Shown one piece after another: positions 40,301 to 50,395 of a stretch of 64,000 nt of DNA. The stretch's first letter is position 1, and every line of letters begins with the position of its first letter. The stretch lies in contig JBGCEP010000018.1 of assembly GCA_045106415.1 (NCBI GenBank), forward strand, positions 34,047-98,046, written 5' to 3'. This DNA is from Oligoflexales bacterium. GTDB taxonomy: Bacteria > Bdellovibrionota_B > Oligoflexia > Oligoflexales > Bog-1112. The notes under the pieces are model-generated. The model ran no database searches. It saw only the letters and a program-made list of their open reading frames with translations, and was not told where the DNA came from. The position numbers and the translations under genes were made by a program.

Positions 40301-41338
40301 ATGTCTCATAAAAAACTTATCTTAATTTACGGCGGTGCTTCCGTCGAACATGATATTTCATGCCTCAGTGCTCAATGGGTATATAACAACGTCCCTTCTG
40401 GGTATCAGTGCGAGCCTATTCTTGTCGATAGACAATCTCAATGGTGGCATACGCCTCACGTACTTTCATCTGACACTGAGCTTAAAAATGGCAAACCATT
40501 TCACAATTTTTTAGATTGTTTGGAAACGTTTGGAACAAATGAAGACACTGTCTATTTCATCGCTATACACGGCACAGGAGGTGAAGACGGCAACCTTCAA
40601 GGCGCTCTTACTTTTGCCAACGCTATTTTCACAGGTTGCAACACTGTCACTTCCTCTCTTTCTATGGATAAAGATTTTGCAAAAACTATAGTAAAAAACG
40701 CAGGCATTCTTGTTGCTGACGGGATTTGTGTTCACAAAACACTCAATTCTCTTCCAAAGCATATGACGTACCCGGTCTTCGTTAAGCCTGCAAATCTCGG
40801 CAGCTCTGTTGGGGTGTCTCGCGTCAACTCCGAGCAGGAGCTCACACATGCAGTCTCACACGCCCTCACTTTTGACAGCAAAGTCCTTATTGAGGCTGAG
40901 ATCGTAGGTCGAGAGGTGGAATGCGCTATTCTAGAAGATCAAGCTTTGGTTGTCAGCATACCAGGAGAAGTCATCACCGAGCACTCTTTTTACAGCTACG
41001 AAGCAAAATATCTCGATAAAAAAGCAACCCGAGTTCAAGTTCCAGCTGACCTCCCGCAAGACACCTTGAATCACCTACAAGAACAGGGCTTAAAAGCCGC
41101 AAAAGCTCTTGGAGTTGAAGGATTTGCGCGCATTGATTTTTTTGTCACTGAAAATGACTCAAGCGTAGTCTTCAATGAAATTAATACAATTCCAGGGCTT
41201 ACAGAATATTCCCTTTTTCCTAGATTATGGCAATATGAAGGAAAAAGCGGATCAACCGTCCTGGACATCATTTTTACAGCGGCTATCAAACGCTGGAAAA
41301 AAAATCAGATTCTTCAACGATCATTACACAAAGGATAA
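40301..41338 (+). CDS. ddl: D-alanine--D-alanine ligase
   Basis: LILIYGGASVEHDIS, HGTGGEDGNLQG, FVKPANLGSSVGVS and FNEINTIPGLT (ATP-grasp). Confidence 0.95.
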   Translation: MSHKKLILIYGGASVEHDISCLSAQWVYNNVPSGYQCEPILVDRQSQWWHTPHVLSSDTELKNGKPFHNFLDCLETFGTNEDTVYFIAIHGTGGEDGNLQGALTFANAIFTGCNTVTSSLSMDKDFAKTIVKNAGILVADGICVHKTLNSLPKHMTYPVFVKPANLGSSVGVSRVNSEQELTHAVSHALTFDSKVLIEAEIVGREVECAILEDQALVVSIPGEVITEHSFYSYEAKYLDKKATRVQVPADLPQDTLNHLQEQGLKAAKALGVEGFARIDFFVTENDSSVVFNEINTIPGLTEYSLFPRLWQYEGKSGSTVLDIIFTAAIKRWKKNQILQRSLHKG

Positions 41339-41340
41339 CT

Positions 41341-41985
41341 ATGCACATGACATTCTCAGCTCAGCAAATCCGAAGATCCATCATCGCCCTTAGCCTTGCT
41401 GTTCTCAGCAGCTTAGTGGTTGATCAAGCAACAAAGATAAAAGCAGAAAACAACCTCATGGTTTGGAGCCATGACACAGACTTAAGACAGTACCAAGGAA
41501 AGCGCTATCCTTTAGGCTCACTGGGAAATCCTGAGTCGTCCTACATTGGGCTCAATATGAACTATGTACGTAATCAAGGGGCAGCTTGGGGCATGCTCTC
41601 CTCGGTTGAGGATTCGATTCGAATTCCTTTTTTTTACATCGTCACACTCATTGCTATTTTCTTTATTTCGAATTATCTACGTCAGACTCCTCCACATCAT
41701 AGAATTGCCAGATACGGACTATCTATGATCCTGTCTGGCGCATTAGGAAATTGCCTTGATCGAATAAGACTCGGCTATGTCATTGATTTCATAGATGTGA
41801 GATGGAGGTTTGATCTTTTTAGCTCATCCTGGGCGTATAACTTCCCGAATTTCAATATAGCGGACTCTTGCATCACTTTGGGGGTCGGCTGCATGTTAGT
41901 AGATATGCTACTGCTCGAACCAAAACGTGAATCGGAGCAAGGAGTCGTCAATGCCACAAAGGTTTCTTCGAAACTCAACAGTTAA
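41341..41985 (+). CDS. lspA: lipoprotein signal peptidase II
   Basis: VRNQGAAWG, VIDFID and FPNFNIADS motifs with 4 TM segments. The N- and C-terminal extensions are longer than usual. Confidence 0.92.
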   Translation: MHMTFSAQQIRRSIIALSLAVLSSLVVDQATKIKAENNLMVWSHDTDLRQYQGKRYPLGSLGNPESSYIGLNMNYVRNQGAAWGMLSSVEDSIRIPFFYIVTLIAIFFISNYLRQTPPHHRIARYGLSMILSGALGNCLDRIRLGYVIDFIDVRWRFDLFSSSWAYNFPNFNIADSCITLGVGCMLVDMLLLEPKRESEQGVVNATKVSSKLNS

Positions 41986-44410
41986 AGTTGCGGAACTTAT
42001 ACAAAAAGCTATTACTGAGCTTGCTAATATGCGCCGCAGCGTTGTGACCCCTGAGCTTATCCTCCTCGCTCTTATTGAGCAGGAGGACTCAATACTTCTA
42101 AAAGTTATCGATGAAACCGGTCAAGATGTTGAAAAAACCCGTCGCATGATCGTTGATCGCATTCTAGAGCACAGCACCACTCTTCCTAAACTCAACTCAG
42201 ATGGCCAGTCTGCTTCCATTCGAGTTTCTGGTGATGTTCAAACCCTCTTTGAGGCCGCTGACGCTGAACGCAAAAAACTTGGTGACACCTACACTTCCAC
42301 CTCTGCAGTCTTATTGGCTTTTTACGACCCCAGACTTGCATCTGTTAAAAAAATGCTTATAGATATCGGCCTCGACAGAGATCTTACTCAAAAATCCTTG
42401 GAAATTATCCGCGGTAATACACGCGTTACACAAAAAGACGGTGAGTCAAGAGCTTCTATCTTAGACAAATACACAACTGATTTAACAGCTCTTGCTCGTA
42501 GAGGAACTCTGGATCCCGTCATAGGTCGAGATGTAGAGATCAGACGAGTTATAGAAATTCTTTCTCGAAGAAAAAAGAATAACCCTATTCTTATCGGAGA
42601 GCCTGGCGTTGGAAAAACCGTCATAGCAGAAGGCCTAGCCATTCAAATCGTAAGCGCGGATGTTCCTGAGTATCTTTTAAAGACTCGTATTCTATCCCTT
42701 GAAATAGGCGCTTTGATTGCTGGGGCAAAGATTCAAGGAGAATTTGAAGAAAGATTAAAATCCATCCAAGATGAAGTTGTCGCCTCCGCGGGTGATATTA
42801 TCTTATTTATAGACGAAATTCACACTGTTGTTGGCGCAGGGCGTGGTGGTGGAGCCCTCGATGCTTCAAATATGCTAAAACCCGCACTCGCTCGAGGCTT
42901 ACTTCAGTGCATGGGCGCAACCACTCGCAGGGAATATAAACAATATATTGAAAGCGACAAAGCTCTGGAAAGACGTTTCCAACCAGTCATAGTTGGAGAG
43001 CCTTCACCAGAGCAGGCAATTCAGATTCTCCATGGTGTAAAAACAAAATACGAAAACCATCACCAAATTGAATATTCCGAAGAAGCTGTATCAGCCACTG
43101 TCAGACTTGCAGATCGTTATATTCAACAACGCTGCCTTCCTGACAAGGCTATCGACCTTCTCGACGAGGCTGGCGCAGCAAAACGCATTCAAGTGATTTA
43201 CACCCCCCCTGAAATGCGTGATAAAGAAACAGAGCGAGCAGATATTGAGCATAAAAAAATCCAAGCGTTTAACGATCGAGATTTTGAAACCATGGCTCTT
43301 CATCAAATGCAGCTTACAAAATTAGAAGAAGAGCTAGGCACAATCCGAAAAGGCATGGGAGGAGAAGATCATGAAAGGCTCGTTTCAGAAGAAGACATCG
43401 CTGCAATCGTAAGCCAACAAACTGGCATCCCACTCAAAAGAATGATTGCCGCAGAGTCAGAAAAACTTCTTAAAATGGAAGATGTTATCGGTCAGCGAGT
43501 CATCGGTCAGCACGAAGCCGTACAAGCGGTGTCGCAAGCGATTCGTAGAAACCGCTCTGGAATTCGCAGGGGCAACTCACCCATTGCTTCCTTTTTATTC
43601 TTAGGGCCCACAGGCGTTGGGAAGACAGAGCTTGCTAAAGCTCTTGCGGAACAAATACTCGACGATGAAACACGTATTATTCGTCTCGACATGTCTGAAT
43701 ACATGGAAAAACACAATGTCTCTCGACTTATTGGTTCTCCCCCTGGATATGTCGGATACGGAGAAGGGGGTCAACTCACAGAGCAAGTTAAACACAACCC
43801 TTACTCCGTCATCTTACTCGATGAGTTTGAAAAAGCTCATCCAGATGTCTACAATATCCTACTACCTGTATTAGATGAAGGGTTTCTCACTGACGCTGAA
43901 GGTCAAAAAATAAACTTCCAAAATTGCATTATTATCGGCACATCAAACCTCGGTTCCCATCTCATGTTTGATCGCAAAAAACCTGTTGGAATTGGCGCTC
44001 AAGACACAGATCATTCCCACACACAAAATGAACAAATCCTTGAGGAAGTTCAAAAATTTCTAAGGCCAGAATTTATTAATCGTTTAGATGATGTCATTAT
44101 CTTTCACCCATTACTAGAAAACCAACTTGAGCAAATTTTAGAATATCAAATCAAAGATCTTGAAAAAAGACTCAAAGATCTGCATCTCACACTCCACATA
44201 ACAGAGAGCGCCAAAAAACTTATTCTTGAAGGGTCAAACACACAAAACTACGGCGCACGTCCACTTAAACGTCGATTAGAACAGCTCGTTGATAATAAGA
44301 TTGCTTCTTTATTAATTGAGTATCAAGGAAAAAAAGGGAAAAACGTAAGCGTAGACGCGAAAGAAGGAGACATTACTGTAAGTATGTTGGAAGGCCCTCC
44401 ATCTGAATAA
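41951..44410 (+). CDS. ClpC/ClpA-type Hsp100 unfoldase (two AAA+ modules, short M-domain)
   Basis: Clp_N repeats, Walker A motifs [12 protein letters not shown] and [14 protein letters not shown], and a short (~70-aa) linker. A V-G-I tripeptide ([10 protein letters not shown]) sits where ClpA/ClpC carry the ClpP-docking IGL/VGF loop. AAGGAG SD precedes ATG 41951, which overlaps the lspA 3' end by 35 nt. Confidence 0.9.
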   Translation: MPQRFLRNSTVKVAELIQKAITELANMRRSVVTPELILLALIEQEDSILLKVIDETGQDVEKTRRMIVDRILEHSTTLPKLNSDGQSASIRVSGDVQTLFEAADAERKKLGDTYTSTSAVLLAFYDPRLASVKKMLIDIGLDRDLTQKSLEIIRGNTRVTQKDGESRASILDKYTTDLTALARRGTLDPVIGRDVEIRRVIEILSRRKKNNPILIGEPGVGKTVIAEGLAIQIVSADVPEYLLKTRILSLEIGALIAGAKIQGEFEERLKSIQDEVVASAGDIILFIDEIHTVVGAGRGGGALDASNMLKPALARGLLQCMGATTRREYKQYIESDKALERRFQPVIVGEPSPEQAIQILHGVKTKYENHHQIEYSEEAVSATVRLADRYIQQRCLPDKAIDLLDEAGAAKRIQVIYTPPEMRDKETERADIEHKKIQAFNDRDFETMALHQMQLTKLEEELGTIRKGMGGEDHERLVSEEDIAAIVSQQTGIPLKRMIAAESEKLLKMEDVIGQRVIGQHEAVQAVSQAIRRNRSGIRRGNSPIASFLFLGPTGVGKTELAKALAEQILDDETRIIRLDMSEYMEKHNVSRLIGSPPGYVGYGEGGQLTEQVKHNPYSVILLDEFEKAHPDVYNILLPVLDEGFLTDAEGQKINFQNCIIIGTSNLGSHLMFDRKKPVGIGAQDTDHSHTQNEQILEEVQKFLRPEFINRLDDVIIFHPLLENQLEQILEYQIKDLEKRLKDLHLTLHITESAKKLILEGSNTQNYGARPLKRRLEQLVDNKIASLLIEYQGKKGKNVSVDAKEGDITVSMLEGPPSE

Positions 44411-44412
44411 TT

Positions 44413-45078
44413 TTAAGCACTCTGCTTTAACAGCTTTTCATCCATCACTTTGACAAGCATCTCTAAATCTTCAACTTGTCGTTTGAGATGATCTATTTCT
44501 TTATCTTTTAATTGAATTTCAATTTTTAATCTGTTTTCTTTTTCTTTAACATTTTTTTCATGTGTATCATGCAAAGACTGCAAACTCTTTTTATAATTTT
44601 CAAGTTCTTTTAAAGCTTCTTTCATACCTTCTAAAGTACCATCACAAAATTTTAAAAGATGATCACCAGAAAGATTCACTGAACGCGATTGATAGTCAGA
44701 ATGAAGTTTTTCAGGTAAGTGTGACGATGATCGGTCTGGACCTATATGATGCACTTGCACTCTTGGGGGTGTCGGCTCTTCAATTCTACTATATTCAGAA
44801 GAAGAGAGCCTTTTTTCATTGGTGTTTAGAGTATTTTGTGGCACACGCTGTGACGGATTTAGAGGGTGAGAAAGATGAGGTTCAGGCGTTCTCACGTCCA
44901 TATCCCAGGATGTTTGATTTTGAGTTCTCCAAGGAGTTTCTGCATGAACAGGAATATAATACTTTCCTTCGCGTAGAACAGCCTGTAGCTTTCCGGTTTT
45001 AATACGCCTACGCACAGTCATATCAGATACATTATATGTTCTTGCGTACTCCACAATGGATAACCATTGATCTGACAT
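44413..45078 (-). CDS. HTH (excisionase/MerR-like, HTH_17-type) DNA-binding protein with a C-terminal coiled coil
   Basis: N-terminus LSIVEYARTYNVSDMTVRRRIKTGKLQAV..GKYYIP, then a Pro/Ser/Gln-rich linker, then a heptad-rich tail (KEKENRLKIEIQLKDKEIDHLKRQVEDLEMLVK). Confidence 0.7.
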   Translation of the reverse strand: MSDQWLSIVEYARTYNVSDMTVRRRIKTGKLQAVLREGKYYIPVHAETPWRTQNQTSWDMDVRTPEPHLSHPLNPSQRVPQNTLNTNEKRLSSSEYSRIEEPTPPRVQVHHIGPDRSSSHLPEKLHSDYQSRSVNLSGDHLLKFCDGTLEGMKEALKELENYKKSLQSLHDTHEKNVKEKENRLKIEIQLKDKEIDHLKRQVEDLEMLVKVMDEKLLKQSA

Positions 45079-45170
45079 AAACCCTCCCTAACAAAATATT
45101 CGTTGAGTCTAGCACGCATATTTAAAAGATTGCCTCTCTGTCAAAACAGTGACACAACACCCATAATTTA

Positions 45171-45218
45171 TAAAAAATAAAAGCCTTCATTTTTCGTCAT
45201 TTCTCGAAAAATGAAGGC
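45171..45218 (-). terminator. rho-independent terminator downstream of queA
   Basis: Perfect 14-bp stem gccttcatttttcg (45183-45196) / cgaaaaatgaaggc (45205-45218) with an 8-nt loop. On the minus strand it is followed by TTTTATTTTTTAT. Confidence 0.7.
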
Positions 45219-45279
45219 ATGAATTGCATAGGTAGCTATCTCTGCCTATGGAAAATTTGCTCTACATGTCAAAATTTCA

Positions 45280-46377
45280 TCACTTTTGTAAATCAACAGA
45301 TCTCTTCCACAGAAGGGAGCTATCTCCATAACTAAAAAGTCGACACCCTGAATTCAAGCAATCTTGATAAAAGCCTTTCATAGCCTCTAGCCCCCAAATA
45401 GCACTCACCAGCATAAACAAAGTCGATTGAGGTTGATGAAAATTTGTCATTAAAGCATCAAGACACCACGGCTGATAAAGCTCACCATCACTAGAAGGGT
45501 ATAAAAAAAGATTTGTCGACCACCACTGGTCTGCAAAATACTCACGTGATTTCCCTGAGTCTCTTGATTTCTTATCGAGAGATTCTAAAGCTCTTAAAGA
45601 TGTTGTTCCCACAACAATGACAGGATTTTGTGCTTCTTGAGCTTTTTTTATTTTCTCAAGAGTCTCACTTGGCACACAGTACATTTCTTCATGCATCACA
45701 TGCTCATCGAGATAATCTGCACGCACAGGCATAAAAGTTCCTGCTCCAACATGCAACGTTACTGTTGCCATCTCAATATTCTGCTGACGCAGCTCTATCA
45801 AAAGATTTTCAGAAAAATGTAAACCAGCTGTCGGCGCTGCAACAGACCCTTCATGCTGAGCGTTAGCATAGACCGTTTGATAACGCTTTTGGTCTTCAAG
45901 AGTATCTTGACGACGAATATATGGCGGAAGAGGAATATGCCCGACTTGCTTCACCCATTCAGCAGGATCCTCACACCCTTCAAAACGAATCGTCACAACT
46001 CCATCTTTTGCAACCACAACCCCTGCCACATTCTCATCAAAGTCAATACGATCACCGACCTTAAGCTTCTTTCCTGGCCTCGCAAAAGTTCTTACCTCTT
46101 GCCCCGCTTCTGGACGATGTAGCAAGAACACTTCAATCTTACGACCATTTGTAAGCTTTCCCTCAAGGCGAGCAGGTAACACTTGGGAATCATTAAATAT
46201 TAACAGTGCTCCTTCTGGGAGGATCTTCGGCAAATCTTTGATTTTATAAGAAGAAGACTCTTTGCCTAGTTCTTTGACAAACAAAGTTGCTTCTTCTCTT
46301 TTTTCTAAAGGTGCCTGAGCCACTGCTTCTTCGGGAACTGTATAATCAAACTGATCTGTACGCCAAGGTGTTGTCAT
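45280..46377 (-). CDS. queA: S-adenosylmethionine:tRNA ribosyltransferase-isomerase
   Basis: FDYTVPEEAVAQAP, GHIPLPPYI, GSVAAPTAGLHF and VGTTSLRALES motifs. Confidence 0.95.
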   Translation of the reverse strand: MTTPWRTDQFDYTVPEEAVAQAPLEKREEATLFVKELGKESSSYKIKDLPKILPEGALLIFNDSQVLPARLEGKLTNGRKIEVFLLHRPEAGQEVRTFARPGKKLKVGDRIDFDENVAGVVVAKDGVVTIRFEGCEDPAEWVKQVGHIPLPPYIRRQDTLEDQKRYQTVYANAQHEGSVAAPTAGLHFSENLLIELRQQNIEMATVTLHVGAGTFMPVRADYLDEHVMHEEMYCVPSETLEKIKKAQEAQNPVIVVGTTSLRALESLDKKSRDSGKSREYFADQWWSTNLFLYPSSDGELYQPWCLDALMTNFHQPQSTLFMLVSAIWGLEAMKGFYQDCLNSGCRLFSYGDSSLLWKRSVDLQK

Positions 46378-46504
46378 TGTCCTGACTCCATATGAAAGAG
46401 CTGCCTATAAGATCACAGCACTCGTCTATATAAGATATGAAGAAAAGCAGCAATATGAAGAAGTAAAAATGTAAAAGAACCAGCATAATAGAAGAAAAGA
46501 TTTT

Positions 46505-47713
46505 ATGAAAAAGAGACATAGCATGAAAATATTTTGTACCCTTATCATCATCTTGGCATATATCAGCAAACCGAGTTCTGCATGCCCTCTTCAGATATCA
46601 GCAAAGGAGCTTCCCTCAGACATACTACAAACACGAACAAAGCATCTTCATGCATACCGCTACCACAAAGGGAAATGGCATAAAATTCCTCTGCAAGTCC
46701 ATCTAAAAGATCAATCCAACCGCCTTTTATTTGATATTAAGAACCCCCAGCTCACCCCCCCAGATACAATTGTCATCCCAAATCATCACATCTATGGTCA
46801 AACAACTTACAAAAACCCGCCTTGTAAAGGGTCTGGGGTCCAAATTCATTCAGTCGACCAAGGAACAACTTACATTATAAGGTGCCAGACTTCAGACAAA
46901 CTCTCTGACTTTGGAGCCGTAAGCTACAATACCGAACGATCTTTTATCCAGACCCCGCACTACACATACCAGTTTGATCCTTTAAATCAGATGCTTTTTC
47001 AAGACATAGCTATCGGTGGCGAATCTATTGTTAAAAATGCAGATCTCATGATCCGCGCTGATTTCAAAAAATTCTTTACATTTCATTTCCGCAGAGAACA
47101 CATACAATCCAATATACATCAGCAACAATCTTGGTTTTCTGGGCTTGCTACACAAATTAATTTCTTTTTAAAAATACTCTTTTTTAAAATTGAACTCGCT
47201 CTTTCAAGTGATCTTTTTTTCTATCCAGACTCAGGTCATATCCCCATGGTTCTCATGTTACCCGCACATGCAAAGAACTATGTTCATCCAGGAAGTGGGC
47301 TTTTATATTCATGGGAAAACGCTCACCAAGATCTCAATTGGTCTTACAGTATGCCAAAAATTCAAGAACAACTCTTTCCTAAAAAAGAGCAAATCCAACA
47401 GGTTGTCAAAGAATCTTGTAAAAACAATCTTTGTATTTTTTCACTCACAGGTTCTTTTAAAAATAAGCAGTTTGTCATGCATTTCCATCTCCCAAAGTAT
47501 CTGGTTGAGGGAGGTTTTTACCCTACCTTTGTACCAAATTTACAAAATTGGGGGCAACATTTTCCTGACTATAAAGAAACACCTCGAACAGGTGTATATT
47601 TTGAAGCTTCACAAATATTAAAAGGAAGGCATACTTGGAACTTTTGGATTCAGCTCAATAAACAGGCACTATGCCCCGATAAACCTACTTCCATTATTAA
47701 GTTTTCGACTTAA
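46505..47713 (+). CDS. secreted hypothetical protein
   Basis: 402 aa with a signal peptide (IFCTLIIILAYISKPSSAC). No motif recognised. It lies immediately upstream of the IS relic. Confidence 0.65.
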   Translation: MKKRHSMKIFCTLIIILAYISKPSSACPLQISAKELPSDILQTRTKHLHAYRYHKGKWHKIPLQVHLKDQSNRLLFDIKNPQLTPPDTIVIPNHHIYGQTTYKNPPCKGSGVQIHSVDQGTTYIIRCQTSDKLSDFGAVSYNTERSFIQTPHYTYQFDPLNQMLFQDIAIGGESIVKNADLMIRADFKKFFTFHFRREHIQSNIHQQQSWFSGLATQINFFLKILFFKIELALSSDLFFYPDSGHIPMVLMLPAHAKNYVHPGSGLLYSWENAHQDLNWSYSMPKIQEQLFPKKEQIQQVVKESCKNNLCIFSLTGSFKNKQFVMHFHLPKYLVEGGFYPTFVPNLQNWGQHFPDYKETPRTGVYFEASQILKGRHTWNFWIQLNKQALCPDKPTSIIKFST

Positions 47714-47863
47714 AAAATAAATTTACACAAAGACCCTTGAAAAGATTCACTTTTAATCTTCAATCTCTTGTTGCATCGTATATATCAGCAGCCAGAAAAA
47801 CATACGGAGTATTTTTAATCGTAAATTTTAATGTGTTGTGATCCCAAAAAATTGGAGATCAAT

Positions 47864-48786
47864 ATGCCTAAATTATATTCATCAGATCTTAAAGAAAATA
47901 TTATCACCACTCTAGAAAAAAGCTACAGCTCTGTTGCTGTCAGCGACATATATATCTCATAAGATAATTAACAACTAACAACTAACAACTAACAACTCAA
48001 TTTGAGGACAACAGGATCTATGAATCCTAATAAAAATGGGGCCAAAAGAATATCGAAAAAAACACAAGATCTTGATGCTTTTAAAAATTTGTAGAAAAAA
48101 AACCAGATCAAAGTTCAGAAAAAAAAGCCAGAGTCTGGGGTGACATCACTTTCTTCTACCATATGGTAGTGTTTACGCAGTAAAAATTTCACATATAAAA
48201 AACATTTGGATACAAAAATTACTGTGAAATAAAACGAGATGTTCTTTATAACAAAATCAATGACAAATCTGAGGATAAATTATTTACCCTGATAAATGTA
48301 GCGTTAAACATCATGAAACATGCCAATATAGTTGAATGCATAAAAGCTGAATAGAAAGACAGATTTTTACTGACACACTCATAGGCACCAAATATTACTT
48401 CAAAGTGAGGATTGATCAGCTTTTTGAAATTCTTAATACGTAAATAAAACCACCATAATGATATATGGCATAAAAAAGGTTCACAGTCTCATGGCTATGA
48501 ATATCGCTGGGTCCTTAAATTCAAAATGAAAATTTACCTTTCATTTTTTAAGAAACCTATGACGACGATGTCTTCAACGCTTATATTAACTTTGTTTTAA
48601 GCCTTTATTTAAATGGAAATGTTATCATAACACTGGATAATGCATCATTTCATCGCACATCAAATATTATCAAAATAGCAAAACAAAAAGGATTTAAAGT
48701 TGTTCATCTTCATTCATATAGCCCAGACTATCATCCGATAGAACATGAAAAACATAGTATTAAAAAAAAATCAGAAAAATTTTAAG
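47864..48786 (+). mobile_element. degenerate IS630/Tc1-mariner-family transposase remnant (pseudogene, multiple stops and frameshifts)
   Basis: The 5' fragment MPKLYSSDLKENIITTLEKSYSSVAVSDIYIS* (47864-47962) resembles an IS630 HTH N-terminus. The 3' fragment ...DVFNAYINFVLSLYLNGNVIITLDNASFHRTSNIIKIAKQKGFKVVHLHSYSPDYHPIEHEKHSIKKK* (about 48552-48786) matches the DDE region (DNAsfH ... YSPd.nPIE). No ORF of 60 aa or more is left in 47714-48874. Confidence 0.75.
47970..47997. repeat. 7-bp microsatellite (AACAACT) x4
   Basis: Four perfect head-to-tail copies at 47970, 47977, 47984 and 47991, just after the first premature stop of the transposase relic. Confidence 0.9.
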
Positions 48787-48997
48787 AGAAGGATACAATT
48801 CAATTGTTGAAGAGGCGTATAGAGCTCTACAAAATTTGTGAAAAAAGTCGTCGATACTATTCGCTGATCCAGCCTTGCTAACAACAAAAATAATTAGATT
48901 TTTAGTGTGCTACCGCCAGCTCAGATCTTACATCTATTTTCTTTACACAAATAAACAACCTATCTACAAACGGTGCAATAACTATGAAATAAAAACC

Positions 48998-50134
48998 TCA
49001 TTGAGAAGAATGATCGCTTGGCACAAGCTCAAAGACTGGTTTTTGATCCAGAGTTTTCATCCATTGATGAAGATAAGAACCCTTGGCCTCTAAATTTCGG
49101 TTCAATCGATCTTCTTTTTTACGACTTTTAAAAGGAAATTGAATAGATTGCATTAAGCCTGGAGAAAATTTCTTCCAATATTTTTCAACAAATCGAGGGT
49201 CAGTACTTTCCAGTTCCAAAGTCACTGTTGGAAGGCCTCGTTCATGACCCGCATAATTCCCCAAAGAACCAGGATAAATAGAATAATCCACCACTCTATA
49301 ATTACGTGATTCTTTAGCAATCACATGTACAAGCTCTAAAGCACGCTTTTCCCCTGTTCTCATAGAACGAGAACGACGATCACCTGGACCGTCATAGTCT
49401 AAAAACCCTAATGGCGCATGAATATTGATCAGCTTATCTGGGTGATACTCTTCAATCAAATGAACTTGAAAAAGTGTCTCAATTTCTGTGTTAGGGAAAA
49501 ATCCTGGGAAATACCGAGCCCGTTTTTGCCATTTCTTACCTAGCCATGCTTGATGCGCACGATCATACCAATCCAGAGTTAAAAAATTTCGGTTCACATC
49601 GACAAAACCATTTGTACGCGTCAGTTTAGACCGTAAAAACCCATCAGGACTCACCAATGGAGCAACAACGACTCGAACTTTCTTGTTTTCTAAAAAATCT
49701 TTTTGCGTAGCAAGATGTTGTCCCATTTGAAAAGCCATATGCATTGGTGTTAGCTCATCTGGATGTACCCCTCCTAAAAAAAGAGTCACATCTTCTCCCT
49801 CACCAAAAACAGCATACAGCAAGGGATGGCCATCACTAGAAATAAAATCAGCACGCCACTCCACCCCTAAACAAGGGTTTTCTTTCCAACCAAAATCTTT
49901 ATATCTCAAAGACAGCTTCTGACAGAACACTTCTATTTTTTGCTGTTCTTGATCTTTAGGCAGCACATATGTTTGAAAATTATGCACTCCCACATGAGAA
50001 ATAGGAGCAAAACCATCGCTCATTAATGAAGGGTCTTCAAACACTTCAGCCAATATGACCGCTGGCTGAAATAGATAAAGGCATACCCACACACCCACAA
50101 GATTTCTTAAAAAATCATTTACAAAATTCTGCAT
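48998..50134 (-). CDS. secreted M14-family zinc carboxypeptidase-like protein (MpaA/gamma-D-Glu-DAP peptidase-like)
   Basis: Signal peptide. GGVHPDELTP (HxxE zinc motif context), NRNF, and a later INIHAPLG His. Size and layout fit M14 peptidases. The subfamily is not resolved. Confidence 0.7.
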   Translation of the reverse strand: MQNFVNDFLRNLVGVWVCLYLFQPAVILAEVFEDPSLMSDGFAPISHVGVHNFQTYVLPKDQEQQKIEVFCQKLSLRYKDFGWKENPCLGVEWRADFISSDGHPLLYAVFGEGEDVTLFLGGVHPDELTPMHMAFQMGQHLATQKDFLENKKVRVVVAPLVSPDGFLRSKLTRTNGFVDVNRNFLTLDWYDRAHQAWLGKKWQKRARYFPGFFPNTEIETLFQVHLIEEYHPDKLINIHAPLGFLDYDGPGDRRSRSMRTGEKRALELVHVIAKESRNYRVVDYSIYPGSLGNYAGHERGLPTVTLELESTDPRFVEKYWKKFSPGLMQSIQFPFKSRKKEDRLNRNLEAKGSYLHQWMKTLDQKPVFELVPSDHSSQ

Positions 50135-50395
50135 CAGACATTCAAACCATAGAAATATTCAAAAAACAGCTAGCTCATCATCGGCTAACTCCGCAACATA
50201 GTATATCGAGACTTGATCTCTATCGGCAAAGTTTCTTTTGTACGTCACTTTATCCCCTGTGTAAGACATCATATCGAAGATCGTGAGCATTTGCTGCAAC
50301 TTTGAAGAATTTTTCTCGCACCAAACCTCAACACGCTGTACAATACCGAGGAATCGGGGCCGTTACAGGCTCTCACTCATCATTATGAGCAGGTC

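Noticed and set aside
48875-49093. 72-aa plus-strand ORF at the right end of the IS relic
   Set aside because: It overlaps the 3' end of the well-supported M14 peptidase gene on the other strand. It has no SD and no similarity to the transposase fragments.
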